Shown: positions 50,892-62,559, counted from the whole stretch's first letter. The stretch is 63,698 nucleotides of DNA, filler included, from Licmophora abbreviata (GCA_900291995.1; 13 parts of 13 records of this genome joined end to end with filler, not necessarily neighbours in it), one strand, 5' to 3'. Notes: a model not told the origin generated them from the letters alone. Translations and numbers: made by a program.

Positions 50892-53800
50892 ATGCCTCCC
50901 AAGAAGAAGCGAAACGCCAAAGAAAAGTCGTACGTGCAGTGTGTATTTTAGGAAGGAAGAACTAAACTGCGTCGTATGATTCACTCACTCGGATCCCGTT
51001 TTATCACCCTTTCTCATATAATAGAGTCGAGACAGCAGTGCCATCATCCTCCGATGACTGGTTACACACTCTGACGCACGAGTTGGCGCATCTCTCTCGC
51101 GACAAGACGCGTTGTTCCGCTGCTCTCCAAGCCGTCTTGGAGTGCCACACCACCAACTGGATTGACTTTGCCAGTAGCACTACTACTACAACTACAACTA
51201 CTACTAGTAGTAGTAGTATTAGTAGTCGTAGTACCACTGCAGCGATTCCAGATGCGGCATCTACTACTACTGTATATGCTCCAGAACAAGTCGCAGCACT
51301 CAAGGATGCCCAGCTCCTCCAGCTTGCCACCCATGCGATTCATCTTCTTGTCGAAGACTTGCATACTACCACAAGTTCTACTTCTACCAATACTTCTACT
51401 ACTACTGCCAAGAAGAATGCCCAAAACATCCACAGTAGCAGGATCCTTCTGCTAGCATCCCTCTGCTTTTCCCTTTCTACAGCACTCTTTGCTGACAAGC
51501 AGAAATTGGAACGATGTGCCGGTCCTACTTCCAAAGTCTGGGTCGGACGTGCATTGATGTCTGTCTCGTTGGGAAGCATGGTAGTGTTAGAAGGTCTCAT
51601 TCAAAGTGTCGCGTCTACTAGTAAGCCTCCTCCAAGAGCATCGCTTCCGCGCACTCGACAGGCACTCACGAGTGCACTCTTGGCACTCGACATGGTCATC
51701 AAACACAGTGGTGTCCTTCCTGCAAATCAGCATATTAGCAACAATAACAACAACAGTAAACACAGTGTGGATGGATGGACGGGTGCTGTCAAAAGCATGT
51801 TGCACGATGCACGCAGTCTCATTGTTCTAGAGAATGACACAGAAGGGTCGACTCGCAAGGACAAGGACGAGTCTTTATTATCTTGGAGAGAGGTCTGTAA
51901 AGCTGCGAGTAGGAAGAATTCGAGCATCGAAGAGGACTGTATGCGAGCGGTACTCGGCGGAAGACACGCCAAGGACGACGACACTCCGACAACGACAACA
52001 ACTGAGCCCTCTGCCCCCAAGACTGGGCGTACCCGCTCTCGCACTACTAGTAACACTGCTGCATCCTCTCCATCGACGATTGTCTCTACCGATCCCTTTG
52101 TTGACTTGAAGGTATCACGCGAAGCTCACAATGTTGAACTGGATGGTCGTGTTGCCATACGACGATGGGCTTGTATGGTGCTCGTGTGGTGTGGGCAAGG
52201 ACAGCAACGACTCCTACAGGCCCTGCATACATTCTTGTCCAACACTACCTATTGGAACGCTGTCTTGGAATGTCCATCTGTGACTGTGGCGAATGTCGTG
52301 GAGAATGCAGACTCAAACGTGCCGGCCAAGAAAGAGAAGCATAGTCCCAAAAAGAAGAAGAACGAGAAAAAGAGTACCAGCAAGAAGCGAAAGTCCGACC
52401 AAGGTGAAGAATCGAAGGATGCGACATTGATCCTACCCGCTGTACCTGGTGAGGTAGCGACAGTTGCATTTGCGGCGCGTCTTATGGATATCGTGTCGGA
52501 AAGTGGCGCTAGTTGTGGAGCGAAGCCTCCTTCTGGCGGCATGGACATATATGCGGGACTCGTGATGGGACAGCATGAGACGACCTCCAACAGCAGCAAG
52601 CGAGGCAAAAAGACGGCCTTGGTGCGTCCTGATATTTGCGACTTGGCATCAGTGGTCCTGTATCAAGTGATTCGTGCGCACGCCTCGTGCTTTGATGCAT
52701 CCAAGATTGACGCCATGGTCAATGATGAGACTCCGCAGGGTGCGGCTGTGTTGGGAAACGTTGCACGGTTCTATCCGTTCCTGCACAAATCACTAGATTC
52801 CTTGTGTCATAAGGCACCTTCCACGTCTCAGACGGTATCTACGAAGCATTTATTGGTGATGGTGGCTTGCTTTGTTTTTCAACATGGTCCGGTTCACGAC
52901 TGTAAGCTCACCACCTCTGGAATTCATCGCCTCGCTGACTGCTTACGAACGATCATTACGGATGACGACAACGGCGTGGCTCAATCGACAGGCGTAGACG
53001 AGATGGAACTAGATAACCCCGAAGCCGAATTTGGGTATGATGAGCCTTTATCTGTTCCAGCCCTCCACGCGCCGGTGAAAAGCACCAGAAAGAAAAAGAA
53101 GAAGAAGACGACGGGCGAGTCACAAACATTGGACGGGACAGGGGGCTTCTATGCATCAACGGAGTCTTATGTGTCCGACGCGCATACGGTCAAGCTGTTT
53201 GTACGTGCCATGATTTCGTCAGGAGAAGACGGAGCTGCGCCTGTGACAGCTCTCATGGGCCGTCTACTGGAGGTGACTCGAAGCTGCTACGATTTGACTG
53301 CCGGAGACGACGTAATAAATACGTTTAAAGATGGCCCCGCATCTGCCCATCCATCACCGGGAGGGTCTAGTGGAAAGCGAAAACGACGTAGAATATCTGA
53401 CAAGGAGGCTGCTGACGATAGCAGTCCTGCTGCTACTGCTGTTCGTGTGAGAAGGTCAGTCCAGAACTGCACATTTGATTCCAGATTGTTTTGCCTTTCT
53501 GTTTTGCCTTCTAACTAATGCTTTAATTGCGTACGTCTCGATTGCAATAGAAAAATGACAAGTGTTCGTGCTGCTCTCGCTATTGATGCAACCAGCGCAT
53601 TGCGCCTCCTCCTCTTGCATCCATCCAGAACCCATGCGAACTCTCCGAGTCATTTGCGTCTGCGCAGATTCTGGAGACGCTCCTTGACAAGTGGTCTGAT
53701 CTTTAAGTGTGTTGACTTGAACGAGATGCTGGCTGACAATATGCCGGCGTTATCTCGAAAAGGGGGGAAGGAGTCCAGCACTGGGACAGCTTCGTCATTT

Positions 53801-55010
53801 TTCTTGAGTCCGGGGTCACATGACTATAGCACATTCGCTCAAGCCTTGTGGTATGAACAAACAGGCTGGGCTGTCGACGTCAAGATCTTCTTTCCGTCTC
53901 ACGGTGTTTTATTCCATCTTTCGCTCTCCAGGTCGTCACACATTCGTTTGTGTATTGTAATCGGACGCGGGAGAAAGAATGTGGATACATTGTCCGTCGA
54001 CGGTGTGACTGAGGCGATCCTTGGACCCGCTGAGCGAAGGCTGGCTGTCTTCCAAAGGATTGCCAGGGTTTGCAATCGTTCAAAGGGTTTGGATCGTGAT
54101 GATCTCTGGCCTCTACGAATACCGGCAACACAGCATGCACTCGTTCTGTGTAACCTAGTGAGCGAGCCGCTCTTATCTGGGGATGATACACGGGACCCCG
54201 AGCGCTTTATCGTTCGTTCCTTCTTCGCATCTATCACCTCTGCTCTCAAAGATCCAGTGACCATAACAAAAGAGCGATGGAATAAGGTGAATTTGACTGG
54301 TGACATGGATGTCGCTGCCGTTGATGATATTCCTCTATCGTTTCTCGATGCCAAGCTGTTGCTTATTGCATTCTCTCGGCTAGAGATAGCGGAACAGTCA
54401 ATTCAATTCTCAAAGCTTTCAGAAACCATAAGGCACGAACTGCATGATTTGACAGCGAGCGAAGTATCGCGACAGTTCGTTGTGAGCCACCCTGAGATAT
54501 CTTCTTTCGTAGCACGCCTGACTATTGTTACTTCTTCGCTGGCTTGCTTTGTTATCGGTGGGGAGAATACCAGAAGATCGCTAGTTTCCGAATCTATCTC
54601 CGAAAGTCTTTTCCCGATTACTGACTTTGTGCCAAGGCAAAGTTTATATGTGAGAAGTACTGACTGTATTGACGGTTGGTACAGACGCGAATCATGCTTT
54701 ATGAGCATCTTTTACCACTGGGGAAAATCATATTTCCCGGACGTTGTTCTGCAAGACCAGGTGAAAAACATCGACTCATCGACGACACGCAATATGAATT
54801 CCTTCATGGAGGATGCACTTGGGCTGGGATTTTCGTCGGCTAAACACGATGGGGGGTACCTTTTGTTCGCAGCCTGGAACGCCTCCAGCTGTCGTGCTGC
54901 GTGGAATCATTCCGACACCAGAATCCAGGCAGATAGAGAGTCTATCAACATTGTACAGCAATTGCCTGGCTGGTTGATTGAGCTGAGAGATGATATCTAT
55001 CGTGTCTGCA
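50892..55010 (+). CDS. Large hypothetical, probably nuclear, helical protein (more than 1,280 aa), 3'-partial at a gap
   Basis: ATG at 50892 (MPPKKKRN, NLS-like). GT-AG introns 50930-51024, 53455-53550 and probably 53851-53931 join the ORFs in frame. Several basic NLS-like patches; family not recognised. Confidence 0.8.
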
Positions 55011-55110
55011 NNNNNNNNNNNNNNNNNNNNNNNNNNNNNNNNNNNNNNNNNNNNTTAATTAATTAANNNNNNNNNNNNNNNNNNNNNNNNNNNNNNNNNN
55101 NNNNNNNNNN
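55011..55110. other. Artificial scaffold linker
   Basis: N44-TTAATTAATTAA-N44. Confidence 0.99.
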
Positions 55111-55353
55111 AGCTTATGCTGACTCTAGAGCAGTCTAGCTTATGGAATCAAATCCTCAGATTGTCAGATAGGTTGACAAGATTCATTCAATTCAATACCT
55201 GCAATGTTTCTGATCAACGGAACGTAGAGCTGGAGAAAACACCCAAAATAACTAGCAGCTTGAGTAGTGTGGCTCACTTCTCTAATTCTAGATTGTTCAA
55301 AGTTTCATCGTTCTATTGTACATGCGGTGAGCGTTGCCTATGTTTCTCACTTC

Positions 55354-56487
55354 TTAGATGCAGATTCGGTATCCACTCGAAAAGGGAACGATTTCACAGG
55401 AAGTACCGGCGCAGCACTCGGCCCCTGCGTGAGCATCGCATGCACGATACTGGCCGATACATGTTTCAGTTTCTGATCTGCAAATCGGGAGCTCTTTACT
55501 TGTTCGAGAGTCGCCACACACGAGAGGCTGAATCCAATCGTAATGAGCCTTTACGGAAGAGTACACTCCCGGCTTGCCCATGCGAGCACAGCCAATTCCC
55601 CATGACACAACGCCAATCTGAACGGGTTCCCCGTTGCGCATCACAATGGCAGGTGAGCCCGAGTCAGCCTGGCAAGCGTCCTTGTTGCCGCCCCCGGCGC
55701 AAAACATGTCATCGTAGACGGTGTAGCCAGTCCCCAAGAGAAGGCTGCACTCATCGTATGGAATGAATGGAACAGTGACCTGCTGCAAGAATTCCGTGTA
55801 GTATCCAACATCAGGTTTGACTTGACCCTCAGAGAGTTTGCCGAATCCATACACTGTCACGTCCTCGCCTCTCTGATAGCTAAAATCGGGGTCGGCGATC
55901 TTAATAGGAGGAACGGATTTCATTTCTTCATCGGACATACAATTATCGAACGTTATCAAAGCCATATCGTGGCGATTGGAAGGATCGTCATAGTTGGGGT
56001 GCCATTCAACGGTTTTTATGGTGCTTTCAAACAACGGGTAGCCACCGTTTTTCTGCGCGTCGAAGGGGTCGTAGGCGCCCGCCATGATAGCAGTGGAGAT
56101 TCCTTCGCGATACCCTTCGACACAGTGTGCCGCGGTCAAGGCGTGGCAGTTTGATATCAGAGAAGCTCCACAACCAGAGTACCGCAACTCGTCATCGCGA
56201 TTCCTAAATATCATGGTGTAGAAGGCCGACGTAGCTGGGTCGCTGACTACCTCACCATTGACAATCCGATTTTCGCTCCCAGGCGACAAGGGGACCGGAT
56301 CAGACCCAGGTTCTGTTTTTGCGATGGATATTTTCGTATTTTTCAGACTTACGCCCTGTGTGTACTGCGCTGAGTAATCTTCCTGTAGAACACGGTTCCC
56401 TCGCAGGCTGGAAGCCTCAATGGACGGGCCGATGGCGCTGACGAGCAAAAGCCCGACCGTCACAATATGTCTCGCTTCAAATACCAT
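55354..56487 (-). CDS. Secreted trypsin-like serine protease (S1A) with C-terminal six-cysteine module
   Basis: Signal peptide, SLRGNRVL pro-region, activation site R-IVNG, CGASLI..LTAAHC, DMAL, KDACQADSGSP, GVVSWGIGC and PGVYS. Confidence 0.93.
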   Translation of the reverse strand: MVFEARHIVTVGLLLVSAIGPSIEASSLRGNRVLQEDYSAQYTQGVSLKNTKISIAKTEPGSDPVPLSPGSENRIVNGEVVSDPATSAFYTMIFRNRDDELRYSGCGASLISNCHALTAAHCVEGYREGISTAIMAGAYDPFDAQKNGGYPLFESTIKTVEWHPNYDDPSNRHDMALITFDNCMSDEEMKSVPPIKIADPDFSYQRGEDVTVYGFGKLSEGQVKPDVGYYTEFLQQVTVPFIPYDECSLLLGTGYTVYDDMFCAGGGNKDACQADSGSPAIVMRNGEPVQIGVVSWGIGCARMGKPGVYSSVKAHYDWIQPLVCGDSRTSKELPICRSETETCIGQYRACDAHAGAECCAGTSCEIVPFSSGYRICI

Positions 56488-56843
56488 GATAAATTATGGA
56501 AAAGGAGTAGTCTGTAGAGGGAAGAACGGGAGGGTCACGAATGAGTGAGTGCACATGCAACATCATCGCACTACAAATCGCCTTCGGAGGCGCCTGATGG
56601 TCGAATTTCAACGTCCACGCGCCATGCAGGCAATGATGAGACTCTTGAGACTCCAGTCAGATTTATGATCATTCCTGTCGCAGCAGATCCTGCTTCCGTC
56701 CTTACAGCGGCGACAAGCTTACCTGCAGTGATGCCAATGTTCAGTGTGCCGATTGAAATAAAATGAGCGATGCGTTGGACCTTTTGCAGTTCGGAGGGTC
56801 AATCTGGATAATACCAGAATATATATGTATGTACTTTACGTAC

Positions 56844-56943
56844 NNNNNNNNNNNNNNNNNNNNNNNNNNNNNNNNNNNNNNNNNNNNTTAATTAATTAAN
56901 NNNNNNNNNNNNNNNNNNNNNNNNNNNNNNNNNNNNNNNNNNN
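56844..56943. other. Artificial scaffold linker
   Basis: N44-TTAATTAATTAA-N44. Confidence 0.99.
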
Positions 56944-57060
56944 ATTTCGTATAGACTTCGAGAAAAAGAAGAACACACACACACACACATCACATCAGCG
57001 ACCGCACCATGGTGGCATCGCCGCCGGCCCAATCCGATCCTAGCAGGCTCTTGGCAGTTT

Positions 57061-58238
57061 ATGCATCCTCTGTGGCTTCTTGGACTTTATACGATCGCAG
57101 TTTGTACTTTTAAAGTCATATGGGCACTCAGAGTGTCGCAATTTCTTCGTCAGTGTGAATTTTCGACTTTGACCACCATCACGGAGACTCCTAGCAAGAG
57201 TAGTAGTAGCGCAAACACGATGCGAGCCATGGTCTATGGACGGCATCGAGTCGAAGAAGCTATTTTGTCTCCTCCCTGCTCTCTGAGAAAGAACCAAGTT
57301 CTGGTACAGGTGTTCTGTGTCGGTCTGAATCCGGTCGATGCCAAGCATGTTTTGGGTGACAAGCTGCCGCATTCGTGGACACGCACAAGGGACTGTGTCA
57401 AGCAACGCTTTGTCGAAGGCCACATTATTGGCTTTGACTGGAGTGGTGTGGTAATGGACTGCCCCAGTGGTACCTATCAACCAGGCGATGCTGTCTTTGG
57501 CACCATGCCGCCACTGCAAGGATCCCTGGCTGAGTACATTGCAGCCCCGCTGGATCAAGTTGCTTTGAAGCCACGTCAGCTCTCCTTTGCGGAAACAGCT
57601 TGACGTCTCTTCAGAGTTTACAGCCTTATGTACACTCGGATACTTCCATTTTAGTGCTGGGCGGCAGTGGCGGTACTGGACATGTCGCCCTGTCCGTCGC
57701 AAGGGCGCTCGGTGCGGCCAACGTGTGTGCCGTTTGCAGCCGTCGTAACTTTGACTTTGTCAAGCGACACGGCGCTACGCATGCGATTGACTATCAAACC
57801 GAAGATTTTCTCCATGAGCTGCGCACCTATTGTGATTCAACGCTCAGTGGACACCCATTTGATGTTGTCTTTGACAGTGTCACGAGTGCCGATCCAAGAG
57901 ATTCGAGCCATCAATATCCAAAGATGCTCCAACAAGCTAATCTCGTTTCGAACAAGTACATTCGGTTGGGAGGAGAGACATCGGACTGGTTTCGAGCGGG
58001 CTGCGAACGAATCCTCCCCATTCCGTGCTTTGGCAAGGAGAAACTCTCTTGGGTTCGCTTTCCGAACTCGTCTGGCGAACTTAGGCAGTTGCAGGAGTGG
58101 GCAGATGAAGGTTTGTTGAAGCCACATGTACACAGGGTTGTGGATTTTGCTGCCGATCAAGTTCAGGTAGCCCTTGATAGGATCCTCGATCGCCGTGTAC
58201 AAGGAAAGATTGTCGTACAGGTAAAAAAAGACGAATAA
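57061..58238 (+). pseudogene. Zinc-independent MDR-family NADPH:quinone oxidoreductase (RTN4IP1-like), frameshifted at about 57600
   Basis: VGLNPVDAK, IGFDWSGVV, GDAVFG..GSLAEY..KPRQLSFAETA* then, in another frame, LTSLQ..VLGGSGGTGH..GKIVV. The conserved ALPLxG segment is missing at the junction. Could be an assembly error. Confidence 0.75.
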
Positions 58239-58296
58239 AAGTATGTTGGTGCACCGTGAGAGCATTTCGTTACTCCCTGCTACATTTCTCCCTCTT

Positions 58297-60407
58297 TTAC
58301 TTTGATCCTCCCCGTCCGCCACCTCGTCCACCTCTGCCCCCGCGCCCTCGGCCACTCCGACCGCCACTACTGCCTCGCTCCTGCCTCTTCCCGTCCCCAC
58401 CTCGTCCACTCTGACGAACATCCGTGCTGCTGAACTGCGGCTTGCGCTTCGCCGGTGTAGCTTTCTTTCTGCCACCCCCACCCGCGACTTCATTCTCCAG
58501 CCATTCGGGCACGGTCTGGTTCGCTTCTCGCAGCTGCGTAATAAGCAACGTCGCGATCCGCCCGTTACCAACCTTCGGGTCGTCTCCAGGAACAAACAGA
58601 CTTGTGGCAAGTCCAACGTGACCAGCGCGTCCTGTACGACCAATTCGATGCGTATAACTATCAAAGTCTTCGGCCGATCCAGGCAAGTCCATATTGATCA
58701 CGTGCTCAACTCCGGAAATATCCAATCCTCTTGCAGCTACATCGGTCGCCACGAGCACCCGGCATTCTCCCGATCGGAACGATGCCAAGGCTGCCTCGCG
58801 CTGTGACTGCGATCGATCCCCGTGAATATCCACCGCAGTGATGGGAGTAAAGCGTTCCGACGCCTTGCCATCGTCTGGTCCTCCCTTGTTGAGCATCTTT
58901 TTAAGCCACGTGGCCGATCGTTTCTTCTGCACAAAGATAAGAGTACGACCGTCAGGACCAGAAGTGAGCGCCTCGACGACCAATTCCAGCTTCTTCCGCT
59001 TGTCGGGCGTGGCCTTGACGAGCACTTGCGTGATGGAGTCGGTAGTCGACCCAACCCGACCCACAGCAATCCAAACATACGGACGGAGAAACTCAGCCGC
59101 GAGCTTTTGAATCTCGGGAGGAAAGGTCGCCGAGAAGAGCAGCGTCTGACGCTTGTTCTTGGGTGTCATGCCGGACTTTTGCACAAGCTTTCGAATCTGC
59201 GGTTCGAATCCCATGTCGAGCATTCGATCGGCTTCGTCCAAGACGAGGAACTGCACATGGGACAGGGAGATGATGGAGCGATCGACAAAGTCGGTCAGCC
59301 TACCCGGGGTCGCCACCACGACGAGCGCGTGGTTACTACCGTGGACGCTGGCATAGGCCAAATCACGGAGTTGGGCGCGCGGGTTGGCACCGCCGTAGAC
59401 GCAGACGCAAGAGATTGAGTCAATGCTGTGCGTCAGCTTTTGAGCTTCCAGTTCAATCTGACTTGCGAGCTCTCTTGTTGGCGCAAGTATGACCGACCGT
59501 GGCTTCGCCGATTGCAACGTTTGTCCGTTGAGGCGCACCTTGTCGTCGCCATCGAGACTTTCGAGATTCGACGATGCCAGTGCGCAAATGACCGGCAGAA
59601 GAAATGCGCAAGTTTTACCACTGCCAGTCTATTTTTAGAGTAAAGTAGGGAGATCGTTGTGTGAGATATGCAAACTGTCCATATTTACATAGGTAATATA
59701 GTGGGCAATCTTGATTTCAGTCTTACCTGGGCACAGCACATGAGGTCATTTCCACCCATCGCCAAGGGAAGCGCATTGCGCTGAATGGGAGTGGGCTTCG
59801 TATAGTTCATCAAAGCGATATTTCGCTTGAGCTGCGGAGTCAGCTGCGTCAATTCCTCAAAGCTTTGCATCGTGGGAGTCCCTGCGTCGTCTGCAGAAGG
59901 ATGCCGGACCTCCACCTGAATCGCATCGTACTTTTGAAAGTTGATTCCCGCCGCGCCCTGCTTGGAAAAGAGCTCTGCCTCGCTCTTGGCTCCGCCCCGA
60001 AGTCCCGATTTCTTATTTCTAGCTTCCTTCTGGCACTGTCGATAATATGCGTCCTCGTCCGCGGCCTTTTTGGCCATGGTATTGAGCTGCTGCGCACGCC
60101 GTCCGGCCTTGCGCTCGTCGCGAGTCGGCTTGGATTTGGGTGGTTTCGTTGGGACGGCGCTGTTCGACCCTTCTTTTCCTCCTCGACCGCCACGTCCCGC
60201 ACTGCTACTCCTGCCGCCCCCTCGTCCGCTTCTGCCGCCGCCTCTGCCCCGCGTATTCTGTCCAGTCGTCGTCGTCATCATCATGGTGTGGTCGCGAACG
60301 AAACTACGAGTATTTGTGAGACGGGAATGACCGCGCGCTGCTGGCATCCTCATTCCCGTGGTTCGAACCCTTCGACTAAAAAGGCCAAAACCCGAACGAC
60401 CAATCAT
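58297..60407 (-). CDS. DED1: DEAD-box RNA helicase, DED1/DDX3 subfamily; intron 59629-59726
   Basis: GINFQKYDAIQVE, Q motif YTKPTPIQ, AQ/TGSGKT, APTRELA, TPGRL, DEADRMLDMGFEPQIR, SAT, HGDRSQSQRE, ARGLD and HRIGRTGRAG; RGG boxes at both ends. Confidence 0.95.
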
Positions 60408-60598
60408 GACACCTTCGTTTGTGGTCTTGTCTATGCCAAAGTCCTAAAGACGACCTGGTCTTCAATGGCAAGGGAAGAGCAGGGTGGAGGTGAATAGGAC
60501 GTTAAAAGTGATCGCATGGTCGTCCGCCCTGTTTAGGTCACGTCTGTGTGCGTGGAATTTTTGTCAAGTGTGCGAGTAAGGTAAACAGCCGGGTTACT

Positions 60599-60698
60599 NN
60601 NNNNNNNNNNNNNNNNNNNNNNNNNNNNNNNNNNNNNNNNNNTTAATTAATTAANNNNNNNNNNNNNNNNNNNNNNNNNNNNNNNNNNNNNNNNNNNN
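60599..60698. other. Artificial scaffold linker
   Basis: N44-TTAATTAATTAA-N44. Confidence 0.99.
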
Positions 60699-60895
60699 CA
60701 AATGATCAAAGTCGTCTCAGGATGCGGCAGTCTCGGGAATCCGAGCTTTCAGCAAGGGACCGAATTGACTATAGGCAATGTAATCAAGCGTGTTCAAATC
60801 TGAGAGCCCGATGAACTGGTCAAACACTTCCAGTGGATCTTTCAGAAGATGCGGCCAAAAGCTGTAATTCATTCGGAACGAGTCTGCATACTCCA

Positions 60896-61720
60896 TCACG
60901 GCAATGTTGTCGTCGCATTGTTCATAAAACACGGTGTTGTTAGGAAGCTGGATACCATCTGTCGTTCCAGGTTCATCTTTGTCAACAGCCCACATAGCGA
61001 AACAAAATCTAGTGACGATTCGTCAGTATCGTCGGTAAAAGTACTTACAGTCGACAACACAAACGATGATTCAAGCGAACAATCAGAGCTGAAATGTGCG
61101 TCATTCAAGATCATATCCAAGAGCGCCTGCAGAAGTTCTTGCGCATCCTGCTGCTCTCGGCCCACACTGCCTCGGCCACGTCCGTGCACTGGACGAAATT
61201 GTTTGTTTTCCCTACTGACCCGGTACAAGATGTCTCTCACGTCGCAGTGAGAAGCGGTAGAATGATTCAGAGAATTCAACAGGGCGTACAGGTCAGTGCT
61301 CAGACAATGGTTGCGTCCTGATCCATACTCGATTTGTTCATAATGTAGCTCAGTTATACGATCAAGATACAAAAGGAAGGGCTCAAGCGACGCGAGTGCT
61401 TGTAAAATAGAGTTGATAAAACACGTTTGTCCATAATTCTTGATGCCGCCTGGAGGAAACCCTGACTGTGTCAACGCTGAGGAGCGGATCGTTCGTTGCT
61501 GTCTCGTTGCCATGGACACTCTGCGAGACATCAACATAAGCTCTTGCTCATCGTCGACCAATGCTGCATACTCGCTTCGTCTCCAACGACGCATCGCCCG
61601 ATTGAAATGCAGGATTATCCAAGGAGATCCTGCCTGCACAAGCGTGTGCAGCAGGTCGAACGCCAAAAGAATCGACACATCTCTGACCATTGGAACTACT
61701 GCTAGTGGACCTTCTCTCAT
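60896..61720 (-). pseudogene. Ubiquitin-specific protease (peptidase C19, USP30-like), N-terminal half only
   Basis: Cys box GIKNYGQTCFINSILQALAS and QQDAQELLQALL are present. The ORF stops at 60896 and no His box is visible before the gap. Confidence 0.65.
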
Positions 61721-62559
61721 GATTGGAAGAGGGCGTGGCACGTACTGAATCGTCAATACGGGGATGAGACAACTTAGCTGAACTTGTGGCTCCTTAATTT
61801 CCTGATTTTGGTCTCGTTTACGAACCGCAGCTTTGACAGACTGAATTCAACGCGAGGCCTTGCTGAGTCGATGCAAACGGATCGCTCGACTGGCGATTTG
61901 GAAATGTTTCGGAGCTGGCATGGTAATCACCCCATTGGGATTTGAAAAGCGAGCAGGATTGATGTCAATGGCAGATTTGGCGGTTCCTTTGATGATGATG
62001 CTGGCGGTTCCTTCTGACGGACAACGCTTTGTTGTTGTTTGGCGTTGCTTTCACGTTTCGAATCCCGTTGTGTCGTCGGATCAGTATCCTCCGGGCGCAA
62101 AATCAAAGGCGCCGACGGTCTTCGTGTAGGAACGCAGTTAGCGACAGGAGGAGAGCTTAACGAGTCTCCCAGCACTGAGGACAGAGACGGTTTCGAAGCC
62201 TTCATGATCACGATGCGTACGTTTGCTCAAAATCGCGGCTGCGGAAGAACTTCTGATTCTTGCGTTGAAATCTTCGGCAAGTTTTCTCTCGTAAATTTCC
62301 GTTTCTCTTTTTTCTACTAAACACTAGGCTTTTCTATGACAAAGACGTCTTCTGGGACACATGTCGATACAAACAACAGGCGAGATGAGCCAAAAGCACG
62401 GCCCAAATCTCACATCATGGCGATGTCGCCGAGAATGAGCATGATGTTGGGTTCATGCTGGATTCTTTGTCAGCCCGTAGGATGCTACATAGGAAGGCTG
62501 TTCGGGACGCCTGGTTGTCTTTTATCCTCTTCCGTAAGCTCTCAAATGGATCGGAGAAC

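Noticed and set aside
57598..57604. Programmed ribosomal frameshift or selenocysteine UGA in the oxidoreductase
   Set aside because: No slippery heptamer, the frame changes after the TGA, and conserved residues are missing, which indicates a deletion.
59199..59215. GGTTCGAATCCC tRNA T-arm-like motif
   Set aside because: It is the antisense of the helicase MGFEPQ codons, with no cloverleaf around it.
61927..62559. Continuation of PDS, or another gene, left of the last gap
   Set aside because: No frame gives the expected PDS continuation; only short low-complexity ORFs with uncertain splice sites are present.
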